DNA of 64,000 bases, taken from Marsupella aquatica. Its lineage: Eukaryota; Plantae; Marchantiophyta. The notes beneath the pieces were generated by a model. The model ran no database searches. It saw nothing but the letters and a program-made list of their open reading frames with translations, and was not told the origin of the DNA. Made by a program: the position numbers and the translations under genes. Numbering within the stretch: position 1 is the stretch's first letter; each line of letters begins with the position of its first letter. Of the stretch, positions 1-13,335 are shown one piece after another. Location of the stretch: assembly GCA_973895155.1 (NCBI GenBank), contig OZ316896.1, forward strand, positions 14,666,684-14,730,683, in the 5' to 3' direction.

Positions 1-1590
1 ATGGCTCCCTCCCTGGCCGGCCACTGCCTCTTGTAGTGTCTCTTGTGTGATCCCTACTTGCTCCACAGGTCCCTGTCTCCTCAACTCCTCAATGCAATCG
101 CGTGACATGTCAAACAACTAGTGAATAACGGTAGCATAGGTAGTATCTATCCCATCCTTTAGTAAGAGCCTCAACTCCTCCCACTCATCCCACCGCTTTG
201 GTGAGACCCAAATTGGTGGGCTGGGCATCTGGTCTCATCCTCTTCCTGTACTCCTTGGGTACTTTGGTTTTGGAGGACCAATGCCCAGAGAAGGACGTTT
301 ACACCGTTCGCTTGGAAGCTCAAGAGGCTCCATCATTGACAATAGTTACTGGAGAAGCTAATCTATTGCCTTAGAACTAAAATAAAGCGGGAAATAAAGA
401 AGCACTTGATGGATGAGGTACAATAAAGACCAAATGCCAAGCCCCACCCGTTGGGTACTAAAATCTCAAGTGTCACAAAAATAAGGGGAGGGAAACAATG
501 GAGGGGGAATTGCACATACTTCTTTGTGGACTCACCAAAATGAAAAAAACTGAAAAGTGGCAGTCCATTGAAGAGAGTGTGATGGCTTTACCCCCGCCTC
601 CCACACCCCACAAGAATGAGCCTCAATCTTTGAAATCTCCAATTCACTCTACATCTTTGGATCATGGGATCTGGCGGTAAAAAATTTGGACCCATGTACT
701 ACATACATTCTCCATATTGTACTGTAGCTTATATGAGGTCTCTTAGTGCCCTACAATTTCAAATTTCAAAAGTCAAGCCAAGGAGTGGAACCTCACAGCC
801 CTACTCCAACACCTTAGACACAAGGGCAACCTCAGCTGTTACAGTGGGGTGAAAGTACATAATATGTATTCAAAAATTTTGCCCAAAGCTAGCCCAAATC
901 TGCCCCGCTTCCTTCACAGGTAGCTGCCCATGCAATGAAATTGCGGCAATTGTTTTCTAGGTATTTCTCACAGAATATTGCTCATTTTTTGATGTGGCTT
1001 TTTCTCAATCATAGATCTCAACTAGCTTTTTGAGCCATATATTGGAACGAACGGATGAGGGTAGGCAATAGGGGTGACGTAAATCGGACAGTTCAGGCAA
1101 GGCGCAGTGCGATTCTCGAAGCTCACTGGGCCCTAAAGATTTCTAAATGACCATTCCATGTTTAGGGTAATGACAGTTTGGTATGGGGTTACTAGTCTGT
1201 AACCTTGTGACCAGAAAGTGAAGAAATGCTGACTGGCAACATCAAAGAAAGTTTTCTGAGCTTTGTGGGAACTGGTTTTAGACTAGAACCCTAACCCAAG
1301 GAGTCATTATCACGAGTAATAAATACCCGGAAAAAAAATTATTGGGCAAGACTTTTTGGGCACAAGGTTATGAAAATGGTGGCACCTAGTGTGACCTTAT
1401 TCCTGACGTGAATTACGCGGAGCATATTATACGAGGATTTGTGGGATTTGTGGTTGAAGGCTGGGAAAGTTTTCCGTAAGCTGGCCAGATGCATGATGCA
1501 GGGCCGGCGGGGATTCTCTTACACCTACTAACCCTGTATAGTCAGCCTTCTTTGTGCCTTCTCATCTTAGTTATGTCTTACAGTCCTGAC

Positions 1591-1736
1591 GCGTAAGGGC
1601 TTCTCTAACGGAGACGGATAACCGTGGTTAGGGCGGACCTCTCGTTCGTAGTTCCAGTCCCCTGCCGCGTAAGGGCTTCTAACGGAGACGGATAACCGTG
1701 GTTAGGGCGGACCTCTCGTTCGTAGTTCCAGTCCCC
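1591..1736. repeat. ~72-bp tandem duplication upstream of bL17
   Basis: gcgtaagggcttct(ct)aacggagacggataaccgtggttagggcggacctctcgttcgtagttccagtcccc occurs at ~1591-1662 and ~1667-1736, differing by a 2-nt indel. Confidence 0.9.
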
Positions 1737-1756
1737 CGTACTGGAGCATAGGTACA

Positions 1757-1769
1757 GGGTTTAGGGTTT
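1757..1769 (-). promoter_or_regulatory. telo-box (AAACCCTA on minus strand) in bL17 promoter
   Basis: gggtttagggttt lies ~260 bp upstream of the ATG at 2029. Telo-boxes are typical of plant translation-machinery gene promoters. Confidence 0.5.
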
Positions 1770-2028
1770 GGAGGAGAAACCTCTCCCAGAATTTCATGGG
1801 CGCCCTACATTACGGGTATCCTGATCGACTGCTCGAGGTCGAGAAGTGATTTCAACTGATATTCTGAGCGATGAGAAAACTTAGAAGGCGGATCGATTTG
1901 ATTTGACTCTGTGACGGCAAACTGGGACGATCTGACGCACAAGTAATTGTTGTGGGAAGGAAGCTGGCAGCTCCTTTCCAATTCGCCAAGTTCTTCAGTG
2001 GAGGAGTAGGGAGTGCTGAGATCTCAAG

Positions 2029-3809
2029 ATGAAGCATCGAAACTCGTTTCGTAAGCTTGGACGGACGTCTTCACATCGATGGGCCCTGTTGAGGTGCGCA
2101 CCGAGCTAACCGTTTGATCATTTTCAGTTCTAGCTTGTCTTAGAAGTGGCCACTCGTGGCGATCTACTCTGAGCTGTCTCTTTCCTGCTTGCGGTACTTT
2201 GAAAGTCCAGTCGCAGACAGCTTTAGCGTTGAACGTAGAGTCCGTATAGTTGCATTGATGTTGTCGTTCCTGTCTGCATTTCTCCCTGCAGGAATTTGGT
2301 AACAGAGTTGATCCGACATGAGAGAATTGAAACTACACTTCCCAAGGTGCGTTGGTCAGAACGCAGTTTGCTGCCGTGCTTGAACGTTTTCTTCCAATCA
2401 CTAGCATACCTGCAAGATCTGTGTCTGGTATGCTTTCATGGTGGCAAGTAGGCAACTCATCTGTGAGATTTCCGTACATCCCAGAGATGTTTAATGTGTG
2501 CATTTGAATGACGTTGCAGGCCAAAGAACTAAGGAGGGTTGCTGACAACATGGTGTCTTTAGGAAAGGAGGTGGTTTTTCCCATTTTTCTCTGTGCCGGA
2601 TCTTTACAAGCTTTCTATGCCTCGTGTGACCGTTGTCTTTATTTAATCATCTTCATCGCCCTGATGTGCATTGGAGTCTTGACCAGGAAGACGACGTAAT
2701 GATCTTGAGCTCTGTGCTGAATTTCCTGATGCGATGCCAATTTGCAGGGTACTCTCGCTGCCCGAAGGCAAGCAGCTGGAGTTGTTCACGGAGATGAAAT
2801 TCTGCACAAGCTCTTTACGGAGCTTGCAGAGCGATACCAGTAAGCACTGATCGACTTGTATGATGTAACTTGACTTACGTTCCGCAGTTAAATCTTTATC
2901 CGTTATTCGTCGTTTTGGTATCATTTATCTAGCTGAGATATGACAATAAGCGGGAATTGGTGACATTGTAATGTCGATCATGTGACTTGAGTGCAAGATT
3001 ATGAGCAGACCTCTGGTTTTCTTTTTATATATTTCTGTGGTGTGATACGATTTATGTCCTGTTCTTTACTAGAAGGATTCAGTAAATGCGCTCTGAGCGG
3101 ATATTGTCATTAGAGTATTGAGTGTCCCGTCCTCCAAAACTAGCAGTATTAATATGCTTTTTGCAATGACTTTTGCTGTTTAAGTCGGAGGCAGATGAAG
3201 TTTTCTCCACGAGTAGCAGCATTTATGCTTCTTGCTATGATTTTTGCTGATGTAGTTGGAGGAACATTTGTAATAACGCTCATAGTGTACATCACTGGAA
3301 GATGAGTGATCGGTTTGCATTTCGTAGGCATGCAGTTTTGCGTTTCGAAAGGTATCCAAATGCAAAACGGCGTGTAAGTTATGTACTGAAACTAGTTCTT
3401 GTCTATGCTGAAGACCTAGGAGTGGTGGATACACCCGAGTGTTGGCAACAAGGATAAGACAAGGGGACGCAGCTCCTCTGGCATATATAGAGTAAGTTTC
3501 TTTCAACAAACTAATGGAGCATCGGTCTTAAATTGCACTTTTCCTCCTGTGTTCGTGCAATGTCAGGGGTCTGGTCTCGTTGCAGTTGCAGTTGCAATGT
3601 CAGTCACTGATTCAATTTGGCGGTGGAGTTCTAATTATTGCAGATTTGTGGATCGTCCGAATGAGCTTCGTGAGGCAAAACCAGCTTTGACACCGCCACC
3701 TCCACGGGCTCCCTTAGCACCATGGCTTCACTCTAAATATTCACGAATCCTGATTCCTAAAGCTGCTGCTGCTGCTGCCGTGCCGACCAATACTCAAGAC
3801 GCGTCCTAG
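2029..3809 (+). CDS. RPL17: Organellar (probably mitochondrial) bacterial-type ribosomal protein bL17, 6 exons
   Basis: Exons 2029-2093, 2292-2346, 2520-2570, 2748-2839, 3414-3491, 3644-3809, all GT-AG, splice in frame to [67 protein letters not shown]...[49 protein letters not shown]..., the bL17 signature. There is no N-terminal plastid transit peptide. Confidence 0.93.
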
Positions 3810-6800
3810 CGTTGCAATTGTAGCTCTGCTCTTAGAATTGCAAGGTTCCGAGGCACGAACTACCCTCTCTAGTAAATTGTAGCCTTACTTAGACCAACCA
3901 ATTTTCTGCTATGATCTTCAGGTTTTTCGATTAGGTGGTAGCCCTTCCCTAAATACATCGTACTGAAGTGAGTTGATATGGGCGATGAACTACAGCTCCA
4001 CATTTATACTTTGAATAGTTTTGGACGATGAGGACATGTTTGTGCGTCTGGATGACGAGGTGACCGGAACCTTTGCCATTTCCTTGTTATCTGGGACGAG
4101 ATATATTGTCCCACACGATATCGTGGCGTCTGGGTAGGTTGACTGCAGTTGCTCGAAGGCCCCTTGGCTCGGGAAGATGGATGGTTGATCAACCCCATAC
4201 TGGGAAAGCCTTTACTGTATGAATAGAAAATGTATGAATAGAAAATCATCTGTTAGAAGGCGCAACCGTATCTGTTCTATTGGGCGCACGCATTCTGATT
4301 CACTTCTTCAAATCTGGGGATACATTTCTATCATCATTTTATCACGCTCAAGCCAGTCTTGAAAAGATTGAGATGTTTATATTTAGAAAGCGTCGATCAT
4401 ATGGAACTCATTTTATTCAGTGTGAGCTGACTGTTCAAACCTCAGTGAATCTACATATGGAAGCCGCTCTCACTTTCGAAGTGGATTACAGGAGCTATTA
4501 GTTCAGGGGAAATTTCTTCCATGACCTCTGCAACAAGGTGTTCTCCACAAGAAAAGTTGAATTCAGTCTAGCGCTGTCAGCGCCACGAATTTGGCCCATG
4601 AACACCTGATGGAAGTTAACAAATCGCCATTTGTCATGTCCTCAATCAAACCATTATCTAAAGTATAGGTGTGAGTGCGGTTCCAAGTAGGTTTGAATGT
4701 GCCTGGAAGGCTTTTAGGTCTTAATGTGCTTCCAAGAACCCTTGAGAGCTATAATTCCGCTCCTAAAACACTATGCAGAAGAGTTTCATCTGGTACATAT
4801 TGTACTCCCATTTGGGTTCCAATGTACCCAGATCCATAGTTCTAGCATCCAGTAGGAGTACTTAGTAGAGTACTTAGTAGAGCCCCTATCATCTTCAAAC
4901 CGTTCTTGGCACCTCGGAGTTAATTATTGAAACGGGGTAATGCAATATCAATCCCCCTTACAAATCAACGACCCCACTGAAACCACCCCTCTTGATTAAG
5001 GTGTGTGAATTTGTATAGTATCATCATGGAGTATGAACTAATGCTGGCTCATTGGGGGCTGAATAGCCTAGTGTTCATTTAACAATTCCTTTGGTCTCAT
5101 TGCGGGTCAAGGTCAAATACAGTAAATGCCTAATGTGCATTTAACAATTTCTTTGGTGTACCATCTACAACTATCATAAGGGATCCCATCTTTTTTAGTC
5201 CTTCGTCCCAATATAAAAAAGCTCTTAGGTGAGAAAGATCCATAGTCGTTAGATTCGAATAGCTGTTTTCTCTGACCATTGATGAAAAAAATGTGCACCC
5301 TTGACACATGTGTTTCCAGCTGCCCCACAAATGCCCTGGCCTGACTCCCTATGGGCTGGCCCTCCTTGCACAGTGCAACACAGGGCTCCCAATAGTTACT
5401 TTGAGCAGGTATCCTGCCTACAGGTGGGAAAACCTCTGTTTTTTTAAATAACTACGGTTCTTTTAGTGGTAGAGAGGTTTCAATTGGTCTCAACGTTAGG
5501 GCAGGACCATTATAGAGAACAAAAGTAAAAGACCACAAGCTCCTCTCTATTTGCCGACAGAAGTGCTAGCATGGTAATCAATTTGTGTGTTGGTAATAAG
5601 TCTTCAATTAAATGAAACAATATTGGTTTGGAATTAGAGTCCTGGAATGACACATTTCAAGGACAAGTAAAGCCACATGTTCATGACAAAGAAGGTTTAC
5701 CATAAATTAATCACACATGGGTTACTCATCCCAAATAATGCCCTGTAGAGTGAGTCTTGGTTAACTCCTGCAGTAAAACATTAGGGGGTAAAAAATAGAT
5801 GGTGAAATTGTCAAATGGGCATTTGACATTCACATCCCTTTGTCACTGAGAGAATGTTGAGCCGCATCTTCTGTTCACAAATCAAACCTCCTTCCCTTGT
5901 AACCTGGGAAATGTAACTCTTTGTTAACCTCTGAAGTTAACTGTTCTCTCAGCTTGGGAGATTTAATTCTCAACCCAATCAGGGACAATCAGTGCATGAA
6001 ACGGTTTAACAGGAGGTGTCAGATGGTCACATATGCCAAGTGGACAATTTCAACCCTAATCAGATATGGGGAACTGTTACATAAGGTTGAACCATTCCGA
6101 GTTTGCACTGAAGATTTTTCCTTCAATGAGATTGTATTCAGTGGAGACAAGTATTATATTCTCAGCCAAAAGAAATATGAATCACGAATAAAGTGAGACT
6201 TCTAAGCTAAAAAATGGGGTCTCTATCCAAACTTCACATGGGGAGGGGGGGGGGGGGGGGGCATCCATAACTGTTATTTGTATGAAAGTTGGATTTAGTT
6301 TATTACTACTACATATCCATGTTATCCTAGTTAAAGGGCACTATTCAATAGATCTATCTGAGCTCAGAAATATCAACTACAACATAGATGTCAGGATTTT
6401 CAGTTTGTCTACATGTAGGATTTAGGTTTTTTGGTTGTTGTTGTTGGGGACTTTGGGGACTGTCAAGCTTTTTGGCTGTTTCATATTCATTAAATATCCC
6501 TTTGTTTCCACTCTCTTTATTGGGTACGTTGCCTGCGGGATAGTGTCTCCCAGTTGGGAGACTTTCATTTTTTATTTTTTTTATTTTTTTTTGGGGGGGG
6601 GGGGCACAGTCTCCCATTTGGCCTTCTGTTGTTTCTGGCAGTGCCATACATATTTTGCTCTTTTGCTCTATGTTTGGCCCTTTTTCTAGTACATCGTTGC
6701 TTTGAGTGATAAGAATGAAAACAACAGAAAAGGTTTTGATTACATTACCACTAAAGATACTCTAATTCACCATAATTCCACTGTTTTTACTCTGTTTATG

Positions 6801-7109
6801 AATATGCCAAGGTTTCTATATATGGTTAATCAACTTGGTGAACTTATAATCCATACATTACAATAGTGACAATATGATAAATTGGAAAGTGTTTATAAAC
6901 ATGGCAAGGTTTTTATATATGGTTCACTTGATGTACTTATCGACCATATAATAAAACAGTGACAATATTAGAAATTGGAATATCTTTAGCGGCGAACTAA
7001 TTAAAAGTTGAAACGAGAACATGTAAATGAACGTATCCAAGAACAACAGCCACTCTTGTTAATAAGAACAAAAATTTGATACAGTAGCGAGTGAGCACCC
7101 CGCTAGCCG

Positions 7110-7150
7110 AAACCCTAAAGAGCAGGACAGCAGGTCGACTTGTTCTTTTC
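7110..7150 (+). promoter_or_regulatory. telo-box and pyrimidine tract at RPL7a 5' end
   Basis: AAACCCTAA at 7110-7118 and ttcttttc at ~7143-7150, just upstream of the ATG at 7188. Confidence 0.55.
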
Positions 7151-7187
7151 AGTTCTCGAGCCTAATCGATCGACTGGGGCTGGAGAA

Positions 7188-9237
7188 ATGGTGAGTACTG
7201 CGATTTCCTCCGCTATGCGCACTGGACCGTCGTCTGTATGCAGATTGCTTTCACCACCTTGTCAAGGCTGAAAGTGATGTGCTCGACATATTTTGTTAGA
7301 AGTTTTAACGCCATTAATCGGTGGTTTTTCAAATTTTCTCGTGGATGAATGTCTTTCCTGCCAGTTTCGATTATTGTCACCTGTGAAATGACTCTTCTGC
7401 TGTTTACTTCAATTGCCAGCTTTTTTAGTGTTTCGGTTTGATTTCGAACTAGTGTGTACTCACAAAGTATCTAGAGGCTTTCGAACTGTGCGGGAGCCCC
7501 CCTTCCGCAATTTATGAGCTAGTATGACTCCTTTCGTGCTTACTCTGGAACTGGATTCCCGTTGTCACTGGATCATTGTCTTTTAGGCACCGAAGAGGGG
7601 AACCATCAAGACGCCTATTCCTGCTCCGGCGGAGAAGAAGAAGGTAACACGTGCGAGGGACCGGGGAATTAAACTGATGGGTTCTTGGGCCTGACAATGT
7701 AAATAAGCTTGCAAGTCATGTAAATATAAAATGCGTGAGATACAGAGGGCTGAGCCTGTGTTTGCTGAAGAGTCAATTCTGTTTGCAGTCGAGTGATGTT
7801 TGCTTTTTGGATCCTCGTTCCTCTTACTTGCTATCCTGCACAGGCTTTCGGTCAAAGTCCGATCTTACGGACCACATGCTGTTGTGATAGGACGCCGTAG
7901 GGCATTGAGGACCTTACCGTTTCCTATCTATTGACAGGTTGTGGAGAAGGTGGTGAACCCTCTCTTTGAAAAGAGACCAAAGCAATTTGGTATTGGAGGA
8001 GCTCTTCCCCCAAAGCGAGACCTTCATCGATTTGTGAAATGGCCTAAGTATGTTCGCATTCAAAGACAACGCCGTGTCCTTAACCAACGGTTGAAGGTTC
8101 CACCTGCCCTTAACCAGTTCACTAAAACCCTTGACAAAAATCTTGGTGAGTCTTCCTATCTCTCTGAATATCAAGATTTCGGGTTTTCTTTCCATTTAAG
8201 GACCTGATTGGGCGAAAATTAAATCACATGTATGTTGGTTTGTGATTAGGGCACTAGATATCTATTACATTATAGTGAAATTTTGAATGAAGCTGTCCTT
8301 ATCCTCCGTGATTGACGAATGTCTTGTGTCTATGCTGTGTAGCTACCAGTCTGTTCAAATTACTCTTGAAGTACAGGCCCGAGGATAAGGCGGCCAAGAA
8401 GGAGAGACTCCTCAAGAAGGCTCAGGCTGAAGCAGATGGGAAGACTGTTGAAACCAAGAAGCCAGTTGTTGTGAAGTATGGCATCAATCACGTTACTTAC
8501 CTTATCGAGCAAGTAAGTTCACGGAAAGTGTCTTTCTGTTCTGCCCCACTTCGTTCCCTGCATTGTATATGAAGTTAGAGAAAGAAAATATAAGACGAAT
8601 GCATTTGACCATCTTCCTCGCTGTGTTTGTTCAGGGGAAGGCGCAACTTGTGGTCATTGCTCATGATGTGGACCCTATTGAGTTGGTTGTTTGGCTACCA
8701 GCATTGTGCCGCAAGATGGGAGTGCCCTATGCTATTGTTAAGGGCAAGTCAAGATTGGGTCAAATTGTGCATAGTAAAACTGCCACAGCGTTGGCTTTAA
8801 CGTCAGTGAAAAATGAGGACAAGCACGATTTCAGTAAGATTGTGGAGGCTGTGAAGGTATGAGTTCTGTTTTTAAAGTTAGATTCTGTGTCTTTCTTTGG
8901 TTGTCTACCTCGGATGCTGCTGTCAGATTATCCCCCACCTTGTCAGCTTGCTGTAGTTCTGCATGTGGAAACGTATGAGTCTCTGAGTAGTCCCTTTTTT
9001 CACCAACTCTTCGTGGCTGAAGAGTTGGTATGAGGTATCAGTCCTACGATTTGCACCTCATATCAAGTTGGAAGAGTTACTGACCTTGCTCGACTCACTG
9101 CGCAGGCCAACTTCAATGATCGTTTTGATGAATACCGGAAACAGTGGGGTGGCGGCATCATGGGTGTGAAGTCGCAAGCCAAGACGAAGGCGAGGGAGCG
9201 TGTCCTTGCAAAGGAGGCAGCCCAGCGGGCAGCTTAG
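7188..9237 (+). CDS. RPL7A: 60S ribosomal protein L7a (eL8), 6 coding exons
   Basis: Exons 7188-7190 (ATG only), 7587-7643, 7938-8145, 8343-8512, 8635-8856, 9106-9237 give MAPKRGTIK...[42 protein letters not shown]...[30 protein letters not shown]...[24 protein letters not shown]...AQRAA*. Confidence 0.97.
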
Positions 9238-11066
9238 TGTAAAGCACAGGTAATGTGTGCAGAAGTTTTGAGAAGGATATCCTCACCGGAAAAGTAGCTT
9301 TAGCTGGGCTTGCTGCTGTATTGATACAGAGCAGCCCTCACCTGAGTTCCATCTAATATACATTCAACTAGAGTACTTTCGCCTTGTGCACCATAATTTA
9401 CTTCCTAGCACACTTTTCTGGATGCACATTAGACAGCAAACCAGGATAAGGATAATCACAACTCAGCGTGGTTGTGTAGTGTTTCTGTTTACGGATCAGA
9501 GTGCCCTTCTTTCATTGTTGGGTAGGACCTTTTCGAATCATGAGGTCATTGAGGACATGGTGCCTCAAACATACTTCCTTAGACTACATTCCTATACGGA
9601 TTGCGATTCTCTTTGCAGGTAGCCGTGGATGTTTGTACCCTCCTTTTATTGACTGCCAAATCGAGTATCTCGCGTCTGTTCCGAAACTAGTGTGCCAAGT
9701 TATTTCGGACCAAGATTTCCCAGGACATCATCTTGTGGGTTTCTTTCCACCCAGGTTCTCTGGATACTTATTGTAAGGTTTGACCTCCTCTGCAATTTAA
9801 CTCGATCGACATTAAATCACTTTAGTACGAGAAGTACTTAGCTAAGATCTACAGGGCTGATGTAAGGCTCTAGAATTCCTTGAGTCCATGTATATAATAA
9901 GAGGCCCAGAACTTAGAGTAGATCATGTAAAGGACAGTTCATTCGTATTTCGGCCGAGCCATCTACAGTCAACACCTGACCTTGCAATAAGAGCTCTGGC
10001 AGAGTGTTTTAGTGTACAGTTAAGAAATATGATGTCTTTGACCTTGCATCTTTTATCAGTTGCGCCCCAGATTCGACACATCCTTCATCTTCAATTACGT
10101 ACAATTGATTAAAGACCTGATTGAGGGCATCTTCCGGGCAAAGGAGGACTCTACTGGCTAAAGATTTGTCCATTTGAACCATTCAAGAGCTCGGAGCCTA
10201 CCAGAGGAGAGTATCTTTATCCTCCCTTCCCTGTAGGTTGTGGGAACTTTTTGTTCCTGTTGCACCACTTGCTCCCGATCTGGAAGTCATTGTAATAATG
10301 TCATAATCGTTCATCACTCGCACGAATCGTTCCTCCATAGATGAACCTTTTGGCAGCAATGATTTGCAAATAGATGATGCTTGGATAGAAGACTGTACTT
10401 CACAAGTGCAATTGATACCCATGTAGGCCAATCTTGCAATTAAGGATATAATCTGCTTACGAACGATCATCTTCAGCAGAACTGAACCAATAGCCCGCTC
10501 TTTTGCCAGGTTAGATCCACTTAATAAGAGAACGCTGCCATCTTATATAAACATTGAAATCTTATTGAAATTTGCTTTAATAGCATCCTAGCCTAAAACA
10601 AATGTACGTGGCAATCTGAAGTATGTGCCGCGACTATGGTCACCAAGAACGAAGTAAATGGACCCCTGATTGGAGACGGATGATATGAGACCTCCTGGCA
10701 TTTATTAGACAGTTTCACAGATTCTCATGACGAACGTTCAAACTTGTTTAAGTCTAAATGAGATAGCTAACGACTCCAAACGTTAAGGAAGATGCCAGTT
10801 CATGTCGCAGTATATCAGTGCTGTCAAATCGTCATTGATCCCAGGGCTACTTAGCTGCCTTGTGAACTTGTCCTACACGGTAGAGAACTCTGGCAGACAA
10901 ACGAAACGACAAACTTCCGTTGAAAGAAAAGGAAGCTTGCCAGAACCTTCATCGAGAAATTGATAATGCATCAAGGTTGCCACAACCATAGGCAAGAAAC
11001 TCATCACCAAGTAGGCCACCAGAAACCCGGCGTCGTAATGTAACAGCTTGGTTTAAGCATGGCAAT

Positions 11067-12696
11067 CTACCATAGAAGCCACCATATTAAAACAATACCG
11101 CTGAAAACACTGAGGATACCATTTCTAGAGAGTGCAAACTCTCGCAAGGTTGGTGGAGCGGTGATCGTTGCATACAATTGCTCTACCTGCTCTCTTGTGG
11201 CTTCCAGTGTTCCAGAATTGTCAATAACAATGTCTGCACTGTCACGTTTCAGCTCCAGAGGGAGTTGAGACTTTATTCTGTTCTGGGCCTGTTCTTCTGG
11301 TAGTCCATCCCTCTGTCTGAGGCGAACTTCTTGCGTCCCTCGATCCAGCCAAACAACAACTACTGGCTTTGTAAGCCAAGTTATCTTAGCTTCAAAGAGT
11401 AATGGAGCATCTAAGATAACTACAGCAGTACCCTTGATCCAATGCTTGAAGATGTCCCAAAATATACCAAATGCGATGAACGGTTCCAAGGCTCTGTCCA
11501 GTGCAACACATCAGCTTTCAGTGCTGCAAGCTAATGGACCCACAAAATACGTCCACAGATTCAATTGACGAGTTTGTAGTAGCGAAATGGGCCGTAGCCC
11601 TTACAAAGCATCATTCTGTCAAAACGAGGGCGAATGGGCTGCACTAGCATTGCTTGGAAGTGCTGGAGCAAACAGATAGAATTTGGATCAGCAGTCAAAT
11701 GTGGAACATGCAGGGACAGCTAAAAGGGTTGCAGTGCCTCCTTGGTCAAGTGAGAGCTTTGATAGAGAGGGCACGGAAGATTACTTGTTAAGTTGTTTCC
11801 GTTTATTCGAATCAGAGAAGACAATTTCCCCTAGCCGTGCCCGGTTCACTTCTCCACTCTCCAGAAGTATTTCTTTCCCAAATATCTCCGTGACTCTCTT
11901 CCATCCCCGAGTGCCCTTCTTCAATACATCCTGTCGAACCCAGCCCAAGTCCGTGTCACTCAAACGATTACTCAAACCAAATAACATGTGAGAGTAGAGT
12001 AGAATTGCGTCAATGCAGCCGTTCTATATTCCCCCTTTCAAGCATGAGAGGCTGCCGAGACTAAACAGGCAATTGCCTATAATTCAACAAGATAAACCTA
12101 GTCCCTCGTGACGATATGGCGGGGGGAGGGGAGGGGAGGGGCGGGCGCGGACTTCTGACGTAAAATCTGTTCAATGAAGCACTCAATCTCTAGAGAGGAG
12201 GAGGCCAATTCTTCCTGACGAGGTATCCTCATCCCCCAGCTCAGGACCAGATAGGGTGGGGGAAAAAAGACAGCAAGCAATAGGACTCTGAGGGCTGACC
12301 TATTGTCAAGAGTGGGTAAATTCAGTGCATTAATTTATGAGATGATACAATCAATTCGTAGCACGGCCGAGAAACCTAAGACCAGATATAGTACATCATA
12401 TATAAAGTACTGGAGATTTCTTGAGTTTGTTGATTGACTCGTCTAATCCAGATTTTGGGTTCTATGTCCTCACCGATCCAATACAATCTCTTGCCACTAG
12501 ATTCTTTCATAAAACAAGTCATAGGTCAGTGACAGGATTTCCACACCCTGCAGAGACTGAGAGAGAGAGAAAATGATAGTGAAATCACATGGGCTATTCT
12601 GTCCGCATCGATGACTGAGAGACCGCGCCCATGAAGGTCCTTGGACACGGTGCTCTTCCCGGAAGCAATTCCTCCAGTCAACCCAACGATCCGCAT
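11067..12696 (-). CDS. COAE: Dephospho-CoA kinase, 3 exons
   Basis: Exons 12696-12589, 11930-11785, 11493-11067 give [18 protein letters not shown] (P-loop)...[27 protein letters not shown]...[12 protein letters not shown]...[10 protein letters not shown]...[26 protein letters not shown], with a hydrophobic C-terminal tail. Confidence 0.95.
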
Positions 12697-13124
12697 TCTC
12701 CCTCCCTAACGTCAGGGCCACGTTCAGCCCCACTTCGTTTCCTTCTTGAAAACCCCCACCACTCCTCTCCTCTCCTGCCTGTCTCACCGATCACCCCGCA
12801 ATCCTCGCAGTCGAGTTCTCACAAGGTCCATGAGTAGTCAGACGACGATCCCTCTTGCCCCTGCCAACTGTACTGAATTTGTCCCAATGCTCGTGTCCAA
12901 GATCTGTTTTTCCAATCAGAATTCCAGAATTCGAGAGCTTCATTCCATCAGAGCTTCGAATCCGCTTCGTCGTCGTACGGTCGGACCGTGCACGTCCACG
13001 ATTGCTACCGCCCTGCTGTTAGAGAGAGAACATCAAACCTGGACTGGATCACACCGGAATTCCTCAGTTGTTGGATCCCCATCACTCCCTCCCTCTTGCC
13101 TCTTCCGTTTCCTTCCCTTTATTG

Positions 13125-13335
13125 GATTGCTTGGCCTTTTGGCTTTTGGCTGGCTTTCTGGCCTTTTGGCTTTTGGCTGGCTTTTGGCTGGCTTTCTGGC
13201 CTTTGGGCTTTTGGCTGGCTTTCTGGCCTTTTTATTGTTCTCCGTTGATTGGGATTTTGGCCTGTGTAATCATGTCTCCGGGTTCAGCGCCCCTTGCGTT
13301 TTGGCAGGGTTCAGCGCCCCTTGCTTTTTGGCAGT
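13125..13335. repeat. low-complexity tandem repeats (GGCTTTTGGCTGGCTTTCT-like units, then 2x gggttcagcgccccttgc)
   Basis: Directly visible reiterated units. They generate several spurious hydrophobic ORFs in the track. Confidence 0.8.

Noticed and set aside
3195-3305. 36-aa hydrophobic ORF (MKFSPRVAAFMLLAMIFADVVGG...) inside bL17 intron 4
   Set aside because: It is too short, T-rich intron composition easily yields hydrophobic ORFs, and it is out of frame if spliced to exon 4. No other support.
5400-6200. Coding-like stretch including a 91-aa ORF
   Set aside because: Manual translation in several frames gave frequent stops and no recognisable family.
7191-9105. Intronic C/D snoRNAs in RPL7a introns (as in vertebrates)
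   Set aside because: No convincing RUGAUGA...CUGA pair with a terminal stem could be identified by eye.
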